A DNA stretch of 64,000 bases from Octopus sinensis (taxonomy: Eukaryota), in NCBI RefSeq assembly GCF_006345805.1, contig NC_043020.1:8246001-8310000 (forward strand), in the 5' to 3' direction. The position numbers were made by a program, and so were the translations under genes. The notes beneath the pieces were generated by a model that had not been told where the DNA came from, did no database searches, and worked only from the letters and a program-made list of their open reading frames with translations. Shown here in pieces: positions 39,172 to 50,310 of this stretch (positions are counted from its first letter, which is position 1; each line of letters starts with the position of its first letter).

Positions 39172-40921
39172 CATCATCATCATTGTTCGACCGTGGTCGA
39201 GACAATGGAATTTACCATGCTACGCCATACTTCACGGTCCATCATGGCATTACGGAGGTCCTGTTGCTGGATGCCTGTATCCCTGGAGATTACATCAGGG
39301 TAGGAGTGTGTGCGTCCTCTGGTATTGCGAGTAGATGGCTTCCAGAGGAGAAGAGTAGAAATTGCCTCGTTTTCAGCTCTACAACAATGTCCAGCAAACT
39401 GGACTCTTCTACCTTTCACAAGAGATGATACAGGTGGTAGTTTCCCATATATTTGCATTTTGGTTGGATGGCGCTTCCATGAGAGATTTTGAGCTCTCAT
39501 AAGGAGGCGAGTGTAGGTTCCATCCAACCGCCTCTCAAGCTTCTTTGATAACGTCCAAGTTTCTGATCCATATAGTAGAATTGGTTCGACTGTGGCTTTG
39601 AAGATTTCAAGTTTGAAGTCTCTACTTAGATTTGATGACCAGATCTTATGCATGTCATTACAGGCTGACCAGGCCATACCCTTTCTAGTTAGAAAGTCTT
39701 TTCCAGATGATGATATGTATGACCCAAGATATTTGTAATCAGAAACCATATTTAAGAGCGTATTGTTGAGAGTATGGATGATGAAATCACTGTTGGACAG
39801 GCACTTGTTTACATATTCAGTCTTGGACTCATTGAGGTAAAGACCTACACAATTTGAGGCTTGTTCAAGAGATTGTAAAAGAGACTGGGCATTGGAGAGA
39901 GAATCACTGATAAGAGCGATGTCGTCAGCAAAGTCAGTGTCTGTCAAGTACTCAGCTGGGTGTCTGGAACTTCTTGGTTTTATTTCAAAGCCCTTGCCAG
40001 AGATGGTATCAACTGACATACGTAGCACATAATCAACAACAATGACGAAAAGAAATGGGGCGAGTGTGTCTCCCTGCAGTATTCCGGCTTTGATTGAGAA
40101 AGATGATGTTTCTCCATCAGGAGTTAAGATGGTTGAAGACGTATCTGTGTAGAGGACCTTGATGGCAGAAATAATTTTGTATGGTATCCCATAGAGCTTA
40201 AGGATTTCAAACATCTTGCACCTATCTACAGAATCGAACACTTTAGAAAAGTCTACAAATACCATTGCAAGATCGCGATTAAATGCTTTTGATTCTTCAA
40301 TAAGTCTGCGTAGGCATATTATCTGGCTCAGCATTGAGCGCCCATATCTGAATCCATTTTGGTTCTTTCAGAGCAATGGTTCAACAAAAAGGACAAGACG
40401 ATTTAGGATCAGTTTGTTGTACAGTTTTGCAGCAATTGACATTAGAAATATACCCCTGTAGTTGGTGACGAGGGATAAATCACCTTTTTTGGGTATTGGA
40501 ATGATTTGAGATTGGTGCCAGATCTTTGGAGCGACAAAGGTGGAAAGTGTGTGAAATCTATCATCCTTCCAAATTATAGCTGGGATGTTGTCGGGACCAA
40601 ATGCTTTCGAGGCTTTTAGTTGTTTGGTGGCTGCTGTTAGTTCAAATATGGTAAAAGGGGAGGTGTTGATGTCCAGCGTGTCTGATATAGGCACACTTGG
40701 GATAGTGGGGTTATCAGGGATTTTGGCATTCTTCCCAAGGAGGTTTTTAAAATGGGTTGACCAATTTTCTAAACGCTTCTTAGCTGATCCCCCTTTGATT
40801 CTAATTGATGACCCAGAATTTTTGCCTGATAGGTCTTTGATGGATTTCCAGGCGAGATGGTGTTTTTTACTAATGTGCTCTTTGGATAGTTTACTAATTT
40901 TGCCATTGATAAAGTCAATGG
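39172..40921 (-). mobile_element. 5'-truncated RTE-X/RTE-like non-LTR retrotransposon (RT, one frameshift near 40340), (TGA)n tail, TSD GTACTT
   Basis: RT motifs IIPIPKKGD..NYRGI, FVDFSKVFDSV, GILQGDTLAPFLF, FADDIAL, YLGS, LLYGSETW. Tail TGATGATGATGA; GTACTT at 39166-39171 and 40922-40927. Confidence 0.92.
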
Positions 40922-42999
40922 GTACTTACCTCACATGAATAGATTATGTTTTTAGCTCGACAATCTCCACGTAAAGGACATTTGGATGCACTTATGCAGT
41001 TGCATCCGAACATTGCATTTCCCAGTCATGTGTTATTAGTCCTAGGGTAGGTAATTAGTGTATGGTTATTGTGGGGGTAGCTACTGTGGTGGGTGGAAGT
41101 ACTGCTAGTCTTCTCGTCACTGATACTGTTATTATCGCGATTGGTGTTGCTTAAGTTGTTTTGGTCTATATTGTTGGAACTGTGTTCAGCGTTGTTATTA
41201 TTATTAATGCTAGTAATATGGCTATTGCGATAGGTATGATAGATTTCACGGTTATTTCTCAAAGTGGGCAGAGGTATTACATTAAGTGTAGGAGCAGTGT
41301 CATCTTCATGATGTATATCGTTGATGGGTGTAGTGCTGCTTCTGTTGGTGTGACGGGTGTTATTACTAGCGGTTCGGGTATTATGGTTGCCGTCTCGATT
41401 ATTGCTATTATATTGACTACTGTCTGGATTCTTGGGGTTCGATTGGTCATAATTATTTGTTCCTAATCTAGCTGTTCCGATTTTAATATTGTTATGCTTA
41501 GCTATGAGGCAGCTCATGTTGGGTAGGGTAGAGTAGGATATCCTAATGGTTTTGTTAGAGAAGATACTTCTATACTTATGGGTGGGTGGGAAGTTTTGGG
41601 AAATTATAGAGAATATTTTCTTGCATAATTTACCCTTAACCGCTATGTTGTATGGTATGTTGTACCATATATAATTACGTAATCTACTGTTTCTGCCCCT
41701 ATGCCCTCTAATATGATTGGTGTTACTCTCGTCGGAAGGGTTTTCATTAACTACCGTTCTATTGGTTCGACTCCTTTCTGTAAGTTGCTGAGTCCTGTTA
41801 GAAATTAAATTAGAATTTGCATTAGCTGGAACTGTGTTGTTATTACCATTATTTAGTCGAATTTGTTTAGATCTTAAATGAGTAGCTCTGGAATTCCGAG
41901 TTCGTCTATAAGGGGGAGTTTTATAGTTGACGGGAGTTCCTGGTGGTTCTACATAGGATATTTTCTGGGTATACCCAGCACTAGAGAGGGCCTGGTTGTA
42001 GTGATGTGCGTAATTATTGAATATATTCTTGTTGGAGGATAGCTTAGTAAGTCTGTTTGAGATGGCTTAGACCGTGGTATTAATCATACAGGGTGGGTGG
42101 TTGGAAGAGGTGCTGATGTAACTAGTTGTTTCTTCGGGTTTCCTATATGGGTAGTGAAGGTGCTTGTCCAAGTCCAACGTAACATCTAAGAAGTATTAGT
42201 CATGAATTCTAGTTTTAGATTGAAAGATTTGAAGAATAGTCTGATCTTTTTTCTAATTCTTTCTAGTTTACTCTTATTATTAGTGGGGTATAAGAAGAGA
42301 GCGTCGTCTCTGTAGAGACCCCCCCTGTAGGTCTGGTACCTCTGAGAATAGCTTCTTAAGTAGGTAGGCCCCGACCAAGTCACTTACCTGAGCTGAATCG
42401 CTCGAGCCCTTAGCCACATCGAAGTTCTCGGGGGTATTGGATCTGGTCCAAAGCTTACCGTCAAATTCTATTATAGTTTTTCTAGCTAAGAGTATAATGT
42501 CAATCTTTTCCCTGTCTATAAGCGAAAGGTTGCGGGCATATATAAGGGATTTGTTAAGCAAGATGGGGGATATACTGGCGTAGTAGTTAGCTATGTCAAA
42601 CTGAATAAACGAGTAGTTGGGTCTGTTAGTGATTGTGCTAAACCACTCCAGCACATCATCGGTGTTAATCCATAGGTGGAGCGGGATGTGGGGTTTGATG
42701 CATGGGATCACTTTGTCTAGAATAGTTTTACTGAGCCTGCCTATATCCGATTTAGTCGGACAAATTAACCTTACTCCTACGTTTTCCGGGAAATTTTTCT
42801 TGTGGTCCTTAATGCTGATTTTAGGTTCCAGAGGTTTAACTGGTTCTGTCCTGTCTAGAAGGTCCAATTTTGTCATTACTTCTTTGATTTTATTGTTGAT
42901 TTCCTTTAGGTTATCGGTAGATGTAGTCTTATATTTTTTGTTAAGTTTCCTCATGATGAGTGATTTGTAATGTTGGTAGTCCAATTTATATACACACAC
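40922..42999 (-). mobile_element. Penelope-like element: 5'-truncated RT, N/T-rich linker and first half of GIY-YIG endonuclease (frameshifts and stops)
   Basis: PLE RT motifs IKDHKKNF, RLICPTKSDIG, FIQFDIANYYASI, FDVAKGSSDS, GLYRDD, FLDVTLDL, PYRKP, SNHPP. Linker IWYNIPY...FPPTH...ISYSTLPNM, then GCNC...CPLRGDC...IIYSCEV. Confidence 0.9.
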
Positions 43000-43083
43000 A
43001 TTCAGCTATATACCCTCATACAGACTGAGAAAAAGAGGTGTTTGTGTGAATGTGTGTGGGGGGGAGTGCACACACACATACAC

Positions 43084-43118
<35 letters not shown>

Positions 43119-44857
43119 TGAGTGTATTTTTACCTTGTTAACAATTAACACGGAAAACAAAAGAATATCAAAGTCACCAGCATTTTGAAAAAAAAAAGCA
43201 TGCAAAATAAGGGAAATAACCCTTATTATAATCCTTACAAAGTTACGTCCCATCCCCTATTTCATTAACCGTCTATCTTGGTACTGGTTAGTCATCGACG
43301 AATCTCACCTGATATCTTGTATAGTCAGTCTGACAGGTATAACTGCTGTCAGTGGAATTCTAGCAGCAGTTGAAGAATTACTAAAAAATAGCTATGATTC
43401 AGCATGAAACCATTGGTAGTAGATTGACACCAATCACTTTTAAATTTTACAAAAGTTTGGCTGGGGATGGTCACGTGAATGAGGAGGAGGCAGAGAAAAT
43501 TCCAGTCTGACATCAAGGTTCTGGGCAGATCACAACACTGCGGCCCTGCTGTGTATGAGAGAGAACGGAGACCAGTGGCAGCATGATAGTGTAAAAGGAT
43601 CTCGAGTGATAACCCAAGGACTGACTGCACCAGTTTAGGGAAGTGGATCAGGATATAAACACACACACACACACATACAGGTATACTCTTTTACTTGTTT
43701 CAGTCTGCGGCCATGCTGGAGCACCGCCTTTAGTCGAGCAAATCGACCCCAGGACTTATTCTTTGTAAGCCCAGTACTTATTATATCGGTCTCTCTTGCC
43801 GAACCGCTAAGTGACGGGGACGTAAACACACCAGCATCGGTTGTCAAGCAATGCAAGGGGGACAAACACGGACACACAAACATATACGCACACATACATA
43901 AATATATATACGACAGGCTTCTTTCAGTTTCCATCTACCAAATCCACTCACAAGGCTTTGGTCGGCCCGAGGCCATAGCAGAAGACACTTGCCCAAGGTG
44001 CCACGCAGTGGGACTGAACCCGGAACCATGTGGTTGGTTAGCAAGCTACTTACCACACAGCCACAAAAATTATTGCAACAAAATTGAAATTAGATTACTT
44101 ATTTTTCATAAGATCGTTCTAATGTTCTGTAAAATTAATGTAACTACATGACATCATAAGCTTCAGACTTTTATTGTCGGAATTAGCAAGAGACGCAGGA
44201 GTGGCTGTGTGGTAAGTAGCTTGCTAACCAACCACATGGTTCCGGGTTCAGTCCCACTGCGTGGCAACTTGGGCAAGTGTCTTCTGCTATAGCCCCGGGC
44301 CGACCCAATGCCTTGTGAGTGGATTTGGTAGACGGAAACTGAAAGAAGCCTGTCGTATATATGTATATATATATATGTGTGTGTCTGTGTTTGTCCCCCT
44401 AGCATTGCTGGTGTGTTTACGTCCCCGTAACTTAGCGGTTCGGCAAAAGAGACCGATAGAATAAGTACTGGGCTTACAAAGAATAAGTCCTGGGGTCGAT
44501 TTGCTCGACTAAAAGGCGGTGCTCCAGCATGGCCGCAGTCAAATGACTGAAACAAGTAAAAGAGTAAAGAGACGACAAGCAGTAGCAGACGACACAAAAA
44601 ATCTGTGCAAGGGAAGCAACACGAGTTGTTGCATCCTTTTTGGTAGAATATTTTAACATTTTTTTTCCCCCCAATAAAAACGCCACAGACAATTTTTTTC
44701 AAGTAAGAGCTGACAACGAATAGTTTTAGATGCTAATAAATACTTATACACTTAGATTAGGTTTCTATCAATTCGCAATACCCTATGACAGATATAATCT
44801 TACGTTGTTACATAATACTTACATATGACAAGGGAAGCAAGTTCACATTTTGCTTCC

Positions 44858-45233
44858 ATGGATGGAAGCACTCCGTCGGTTATGACGACGAGGGTTCCGG
44901 TTGATCCGATCAACGGAACAGCCTGCTCGTGAAATTAACGTGTAAGTGGCTGAGCACTCCACAGACACGTGTACCCTTAACGCAGTTCTCGGGGATATTC
45001 AGCGTGACACAGAGAGTGACAAGGCCGGCCCTTTGAAATACTGGTACAACAGAAATAGGAAGTAAGAGTGAGAGAAAGTTGTGGTGAAAGAGTACAGCAG
45101 GGATCACCACCATCCCCTGCCGGAGCCTCGTGGAGCTTTTAGGCGTTTTCGCTCAATAAACACTCACAACGCCCGGTCTGGGAATCGAAACCGCGAGTCC
45201 GCTGCCCTAACCACTGGGCCATTGCACCTCCAC
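44858..45233 (-). mobile_element. tRNA-derived SINE family D with TSD TTTGCTTCCA; second copy at about 63541-63915
   Basis: Head GGCCCAGTGGTTAGGG...TTCGATTCCC on minus; 10-bp direct repeat at about 44848-57 and 45234-43. Confidence 0.8.
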
Positions 45234-46737
45234 TTTGCTTCCAGAAAAAAACTGGTGAAAAGATAACGTGTGTAATTTTCAGCATTTATTCAACTAATAT
45301 TTTATACTTTTTCAAATTACAAAACACCCTTAGTATAAAATGTGTTTTTTTGGGGTTTTTTTTTCATTTTAAAATAGCTGTATAATATGAACATGCCAAT
45401 TTGATTCAAATATCTATGTGACAGAAAATTTTGGTCATTGCTTCCCCAGCCAGAAAGATCCCCCCCACACCCCTGGTACATGTATAAAAAGAGGTAAAGA
45501 CCTGCTTCAATCATGAATGACCATGGAAGTACACCTACAAGGTTCTCCTCCGAGGCTCAAGTCCAAGCATGGCTGTTTCATGGAAGACCAGCAGTCACCC
45601 ATGCATACCAGCCTCCTCTTTTCATGTCGTCCAAGGAAAAGGCAAAGGGGTCAATATGGTTTGGCACCAGTGACGTCGCAGCTCATTTCTACAGCTGAGT
45701 GAATTGGAGCAACGTGAAATAAAGTGTCTTGCTCAAGAACACAACACGCATACACATTTATATAGACATGTACACACACATTAACTAGAGAATATATGCA
45801 CATCCCACACTTTCTGTGTAACAGGAACAAGAGATCTTTTAGTAAACGAACAGTCACGTAAACAAATTCAAAACATTAGAGTTCGCCAGTTAAATATACT
45901 AAAACACGGAGTAAAAGAACCCGTTCTGATCATTTTGGGTTTTGCAGTAAATCACTAAATCATCCATAACTTTTGTATTATCCTCTCAAATTACACCAAA
46001 ATCTCAGGCAATAACAAATAATAGCGTATTTATTGTCTGTGAAAATTATAGAATATAAAACAACTTTGATAAAAAATTATATCTACTCAATCAGTGATGA
46101 CCAGGGGTTAAACAACAACAACTGCAGCTCAAATAAATAAGCTTTATTATTAATATTAAAATGGAAGAGAAATTGGGGAGAAAGAGAAAAGGAACAAAAA
46201 TAAAAAAAAACATTAATTTGAAAAACAAAAATAAAACTGAAAAGAAAATTTCTTTTTATTTACCTTATCAAGCAGGTGTGTGAGTAATAGCAGTGAGGCT
46301 TGGGTGACCTTCCCATTGAACATCAGGGTGGAATGTTGCTGGTATGTTGTTTGCAGTTGCTCCAGTCTGTACATGTCCTTGGAAGCTTTAGTGATTATCA
46401 AGAGTCAAGCATTTATACCTATACACATAGCCAAACACACACATAAACACAAACACACAGCCACACATAAAACAAAACACATCCATATACACACACACAC
46501 ACTCACACATAGCTATACATATAGCTTTACAATGACACACAGCCACACACATATAAATACAACCATATACACACACACACTCATACATAGCGACACATAT
46601 AAACACACTAATTTGCAGCAACATGTTTCATGTGAAGACAACAAAATGTGTTCCTCAATGCAGTGACTTTTTTTTCTGAAGAATTGCATCGAATACAATG
46701 AAGATTGTGGAAGAGTCTGAATTCTTGGTTATGGCCC

Positions 46738-46901
46738 TTAATCAAAGCTGCTCCCGTTACTTTCACTTCGGAAGATATTGGAGTTGGAGACATCGACTGA
46801 GCTCAGAATGGAACAGATTGCTTCTGGTAGGCTGAGTTTGGCAAGGGACATCCCACTGAACTCTTGGAATTCAGTCAGCCACTCTTTCGAGTAAATGTTA
46901 C
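46738..46901 (-). CDS. CENPO: CENP-O-like terminal exon (G-NIYSKEWLTEFQEFSGMSLAKLSLPEAICSILSS...SFD*)
   Basis: Acceptor TTTTTCTCTTTCAG, phase 1 matching the previous exon, TAA at 46740-46738, and AATAAA on the minus strand downstream (about 46143-46148). Confidence 0.7.
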
Positions 46902-46940
46902 CTGAAAGAGAAAAAAATAGTATATATATATATATATATA

Positions 46941-48088
46941 ATCTGCAGAAAACAACTTCCGTCACTTTCCAGGGGAAAAAACTAGAAGTAGTTGATAGCT
47001 TCCGCTACCTAGGTGACCAAGTCAGTAGTGGGGGTGGGTGCGTTGAAAGTGTAACTGCTAGAATAAGAATAGCCTGGGCAAAGTTTAGGGAGCCCTTACC
47101 TCTGCTGGTGACTAAAAGCCTCTCGCTCAGAGTAAAAGGCAGACTGTATGATGCGTGTGTACGAACAGCCATGCTACATGGCAGTGAAACATGGGCCGTG
47201 ACTGCTGAGGACATGCGTAAGCTCGTGAGGAATGAAGCCAGTATGCTCCGATGGACGTGTAATGTCAGTGTACATACTCGACAGAGCGTTAGTACCTTGA
47301 GAGAAATGTTATACCTAAGAAGCATCAATTGTGGTGTGCAAGAAAGACGATTGCGCTGGTATTGTCATGTGGCGAGAATGGATGAAGATAGTTGTGTGAA
47401 AAAGCACCAATCCCTAGCAGTTGAGAAAACCCGTGGAAGAGGTAGACCCAGGAAAACCTGGGACAAGGTGGTGAAGCACGACCTTCGAACTTTAGGCCTC
47501 ACTGAGGAAATTACCAGCGACCGAGACCTTTGGAAATATGCTGTACGTGAGAAGACCAGGCAGGACAAGGGAGCCCAGCCCACTTATGCATGCCTTTCCT
47601 CCCTTGGACACAAAGACCTGTTGAGGTAAGCGAAGTCGATATCGAACCTCATCCGACAACAGGCACCCATGCCAACCCCCTTTGCTTGTGAAGACATGTT
47701 GGGGCAAGTGAAATCGAAATCGAAATTGAACCAATCCTACGACTGGCACCCGGCAGATGCCAGGACCCCTGGACTGGTGGTACGTAAAAAGCACTATCTG
47801 AATCGTGGCCGATGCCAGCGCCGACTCGACTGGCTTCCGTGCCGGTGGCACATAAATTGCACCAATCCGACTGTGGCCGTTGCCAGCCTCGACTGGCACC
47901 TGTGCGGGTGGCACGTAAAAAGCACCCACTACACTCACGGAGTGGTTGGCGTTAGGAAGGGCATCCAGCTGTAGAAACATTGCCAGATAAGACTGGAGCC
48001 TGGTGCAACCTTCTGGCTTCCCAGATCCCCGGTCGAACCGTCCAACCCATGCTAGCATGGAGAACGGACGTTAAATGATGATGATGAT
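46941..48088 (+). mobile_element. 5'-truncated RTE LINE: RT C-terminus/thumb, 3' UTR with internal tandem units and (GAT)n tail
   Basis: LEVVDSFRYLGD, RIRIAWAKF, VKGRLYDACVRTAMLHGSETW, RRLRWYCHV, RGRPRKTW; continues into the abundant GTGGCACGTAAAAAGCAC / GGTTGGCGTTAGGAAGGGCATCCAGC / GATGATGAT repeat. Confidence 0.9.
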
Positions 48089-49079
48089 ATATTTATATAT
48101 ATATCATAATCATCATTTAACGTCTGCTTTCCATCCTGGCGTGGGTTGGACGGTTTAGCTGAGAACTGGTGAGCCAGAAGGCTGCACCAGGCTCCAATCT
48201 GATCTGGCAAAGTTTCTACAACTGGATGCCCTTCCTAATGCCAACCAATCTGAGAGTGTAGTGGGTACTTTTACGTGCCACCGGCAAGAGGGCCAGTCAG
48301 GTGGTTCTGGCAACAACCATGCTCAAAAGGTGTTTTTTATGTGCTACCTGCACGGGAGCCAGTCCAGCAGCACTGGCAACGACCTCGCTTGAATGTTGTT
48401 TTTCACATGCCACCAGCACATGTGCTGGTAAGGTGACACTGGCAATGATCACACTTGAATGGTGGTTTTTTACGTGCCACCAGCACGGGAGCCATTCCGT
48501 AGCCCTGTCAACGATCACGCTCGGATGTGCTTTTAACGTTCCACTTGCATGAGTGCCAATCAGGCAGTACTGTCATCGGCCACGTCAGCGATTTTGATTT
48601 GATTTCACTTGCCCCAGGTCTTCGTAAGCAAAGTTTATTGTCCAATGAATGAGGGGTACTCATAAGGGGGGGGTGCTCGTTATATATATACTATTTTACT
48701 TGTTTCAGTCATTTGACTGCGGCCATGCTGGAGCACCGCCTTTAGTCAAGCAAATCGACCCCGGGACTTATTCTTTGTAAGCCCAATACTTATTCTATCG
48801 GTCTCTTTTGTCGAACCGCTAAGTAACGGCGACGTAAACACACCAGCATCGGCTGTCAAGCAATGCTAGGGGGACAAACACAGACGCACAAACACATACA
48901 TATATACGACAGGCTTCTTTCAGTTTCCGTCTACCAAATCCACTCACAAGGCATTGGTCGGCCCGGGGCTATAGCAGAAGACACTTGCCCAAGATGCCAC
49001 GCAGTGGGACTGAACCCGGAACCATGTGGTTGGTTAGCAAGCTACTTACATACACACAGACATACATATACATACATAT

Positions 49080-50310
49080 TATTGCAATATCTGTAGCAGA
49101 ATTGGAGAAGAAATTCCAAGTATTGAAGCAAAAGCTGTAATCAAAGGGCCTTAAAGTTAACCCAGCTAAGACCAAAGCTGTTGTTAGCAAGAAAGAGGAT
49201 AAGACTATTTCCATCAGGTAAGTGGCCCTGATCAATATTTAGAAAAGGAATGGGAAGTAATTCTATTCTCTGCACCAAATGTAAACTATGGTCATGTAAG
49301 AGATGCAGTGGAATCACAGGTAGATTAACAGATAGGCGCAAGAGTGGCTGTGTGGTAAGTAGCTTGCTAACCAACCACATGGTTCTGGGTTCAGTTCCCA
49401 CTGCGTGGCATCTTGGGCTAGTGTCTTCTGCTATAGCCCCGGGCCGACCAATGCCTTGTGAGTGGATTTGGTAGACGGAAACTGAAAGAAGCCTGTCGTA
49501 TATATGTGTGTGTATGTGTTTGTCTCCCTAGCATTGCTTGACAACCGATGCTGGTGTGTTTACGTCCCCGTCACTTAGCGGTTCGGCAAAAGAGACCGAT
49601 AGAATAAGTACTGGGCTTACAAAGAATAAGTCCCGTGGTCGATTTGCTCAACTAAAGGCGGTGATCCAGCATGGCCGCAGTCAAATGACTGAAACAAGTA
49701 AAAGAGTAGATAAGGTCACCTTTGTGTGTGGCAGATGTGCAGGAAGGATAAGCACTAAGAGCACACGGGACTTTGATTTTCTCAAATGCCCAGGAGGATC
49801 TCTTGAGGTTGTAGATAGTTTCTGTTACCAAGGTGACCAAATGAGCAATGGAGGCGAATGCTCTGAAAGTACTGTTTCTAGAATAAGAATTGGGTGGAGG
49901 AAGCTCAGTGTGCTACTACTTTTGTTGGCAACAAAAGGACCCTTTCTCAGAGTGAAAGGTAGATTGCATGCTGCTTGTGTACAAACGGCCAAACTCCCTG
50001 GCAGTGAGACATGGGCTCTGTATGCAGAGGACATGCATAGACTGGAGCGGAATGAAGGCAGCATGCCCTGCTGGATGTGCAGGAACAACAAAACACAAAT
50101 GTGTTGAGAGAAAAGCTGGGCATAAGAGGAATCAAATGTAGAATGCAAGAGAGAAGACTACGTTGGTTTGGACGTGTGATGCGTATGAATGAGGACAGCT
50201 GCATAAAGAACTGAAAGTGGATGGCACCTGTGGAAGAGGGAGACCCAGGAAGACAGGAAATGAGCTGATAAGGGCCGATCTAAAGATGTTGGGGCTCATG
50301 GAGGAAATGA
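49080..50310 (+). pseudogene. Degenerate RTE RT fragment with PHD-like Cys cluster, interrupted by a SINE at 49335-49707
   Basis: GLKVNPAKTK, GMGSNSILCTKC..W..KRCSGI, FVCGRC, LEVVDSFCY.GD, RVKGRL.AACV, GSETW, RRLRWFGRV; stops and frameshifts. Confidence 0.8.

Noticed and set aside
41026-41517. Asn/Thr-rich 163-aa ORF as an independent gene
   Set aside because: It continues the PLE linker (ISYSTLPNMSCLIAKHN) and leads into the GIY-YIG cysteine motif.
43255-43315. Hammerhead-like UCGAUGA...GAAA with a UAACC/GGUUA stem on minus, near the PLE 5' end
   Set aside because: The core deviates at two positions and no stem III/stem I pairing could be found.
47760-47930. CRISPR-like array (GTGGCACGTAAAAAGCAC recurring every about 45-50 bp)
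   Set aside because: The 'spacers' are homologous to each other, the context is a eukaryotic LINE 3' UTR, and there are no cas genes.
49538-50107. 189-aa ORF starting MTTDAGVFTSPSLSG
   Set aside because: Chance in-frame fusion of the SINE A tail with a degenerate RTE fragment; the same N-terminus recurs in many SINE copies.
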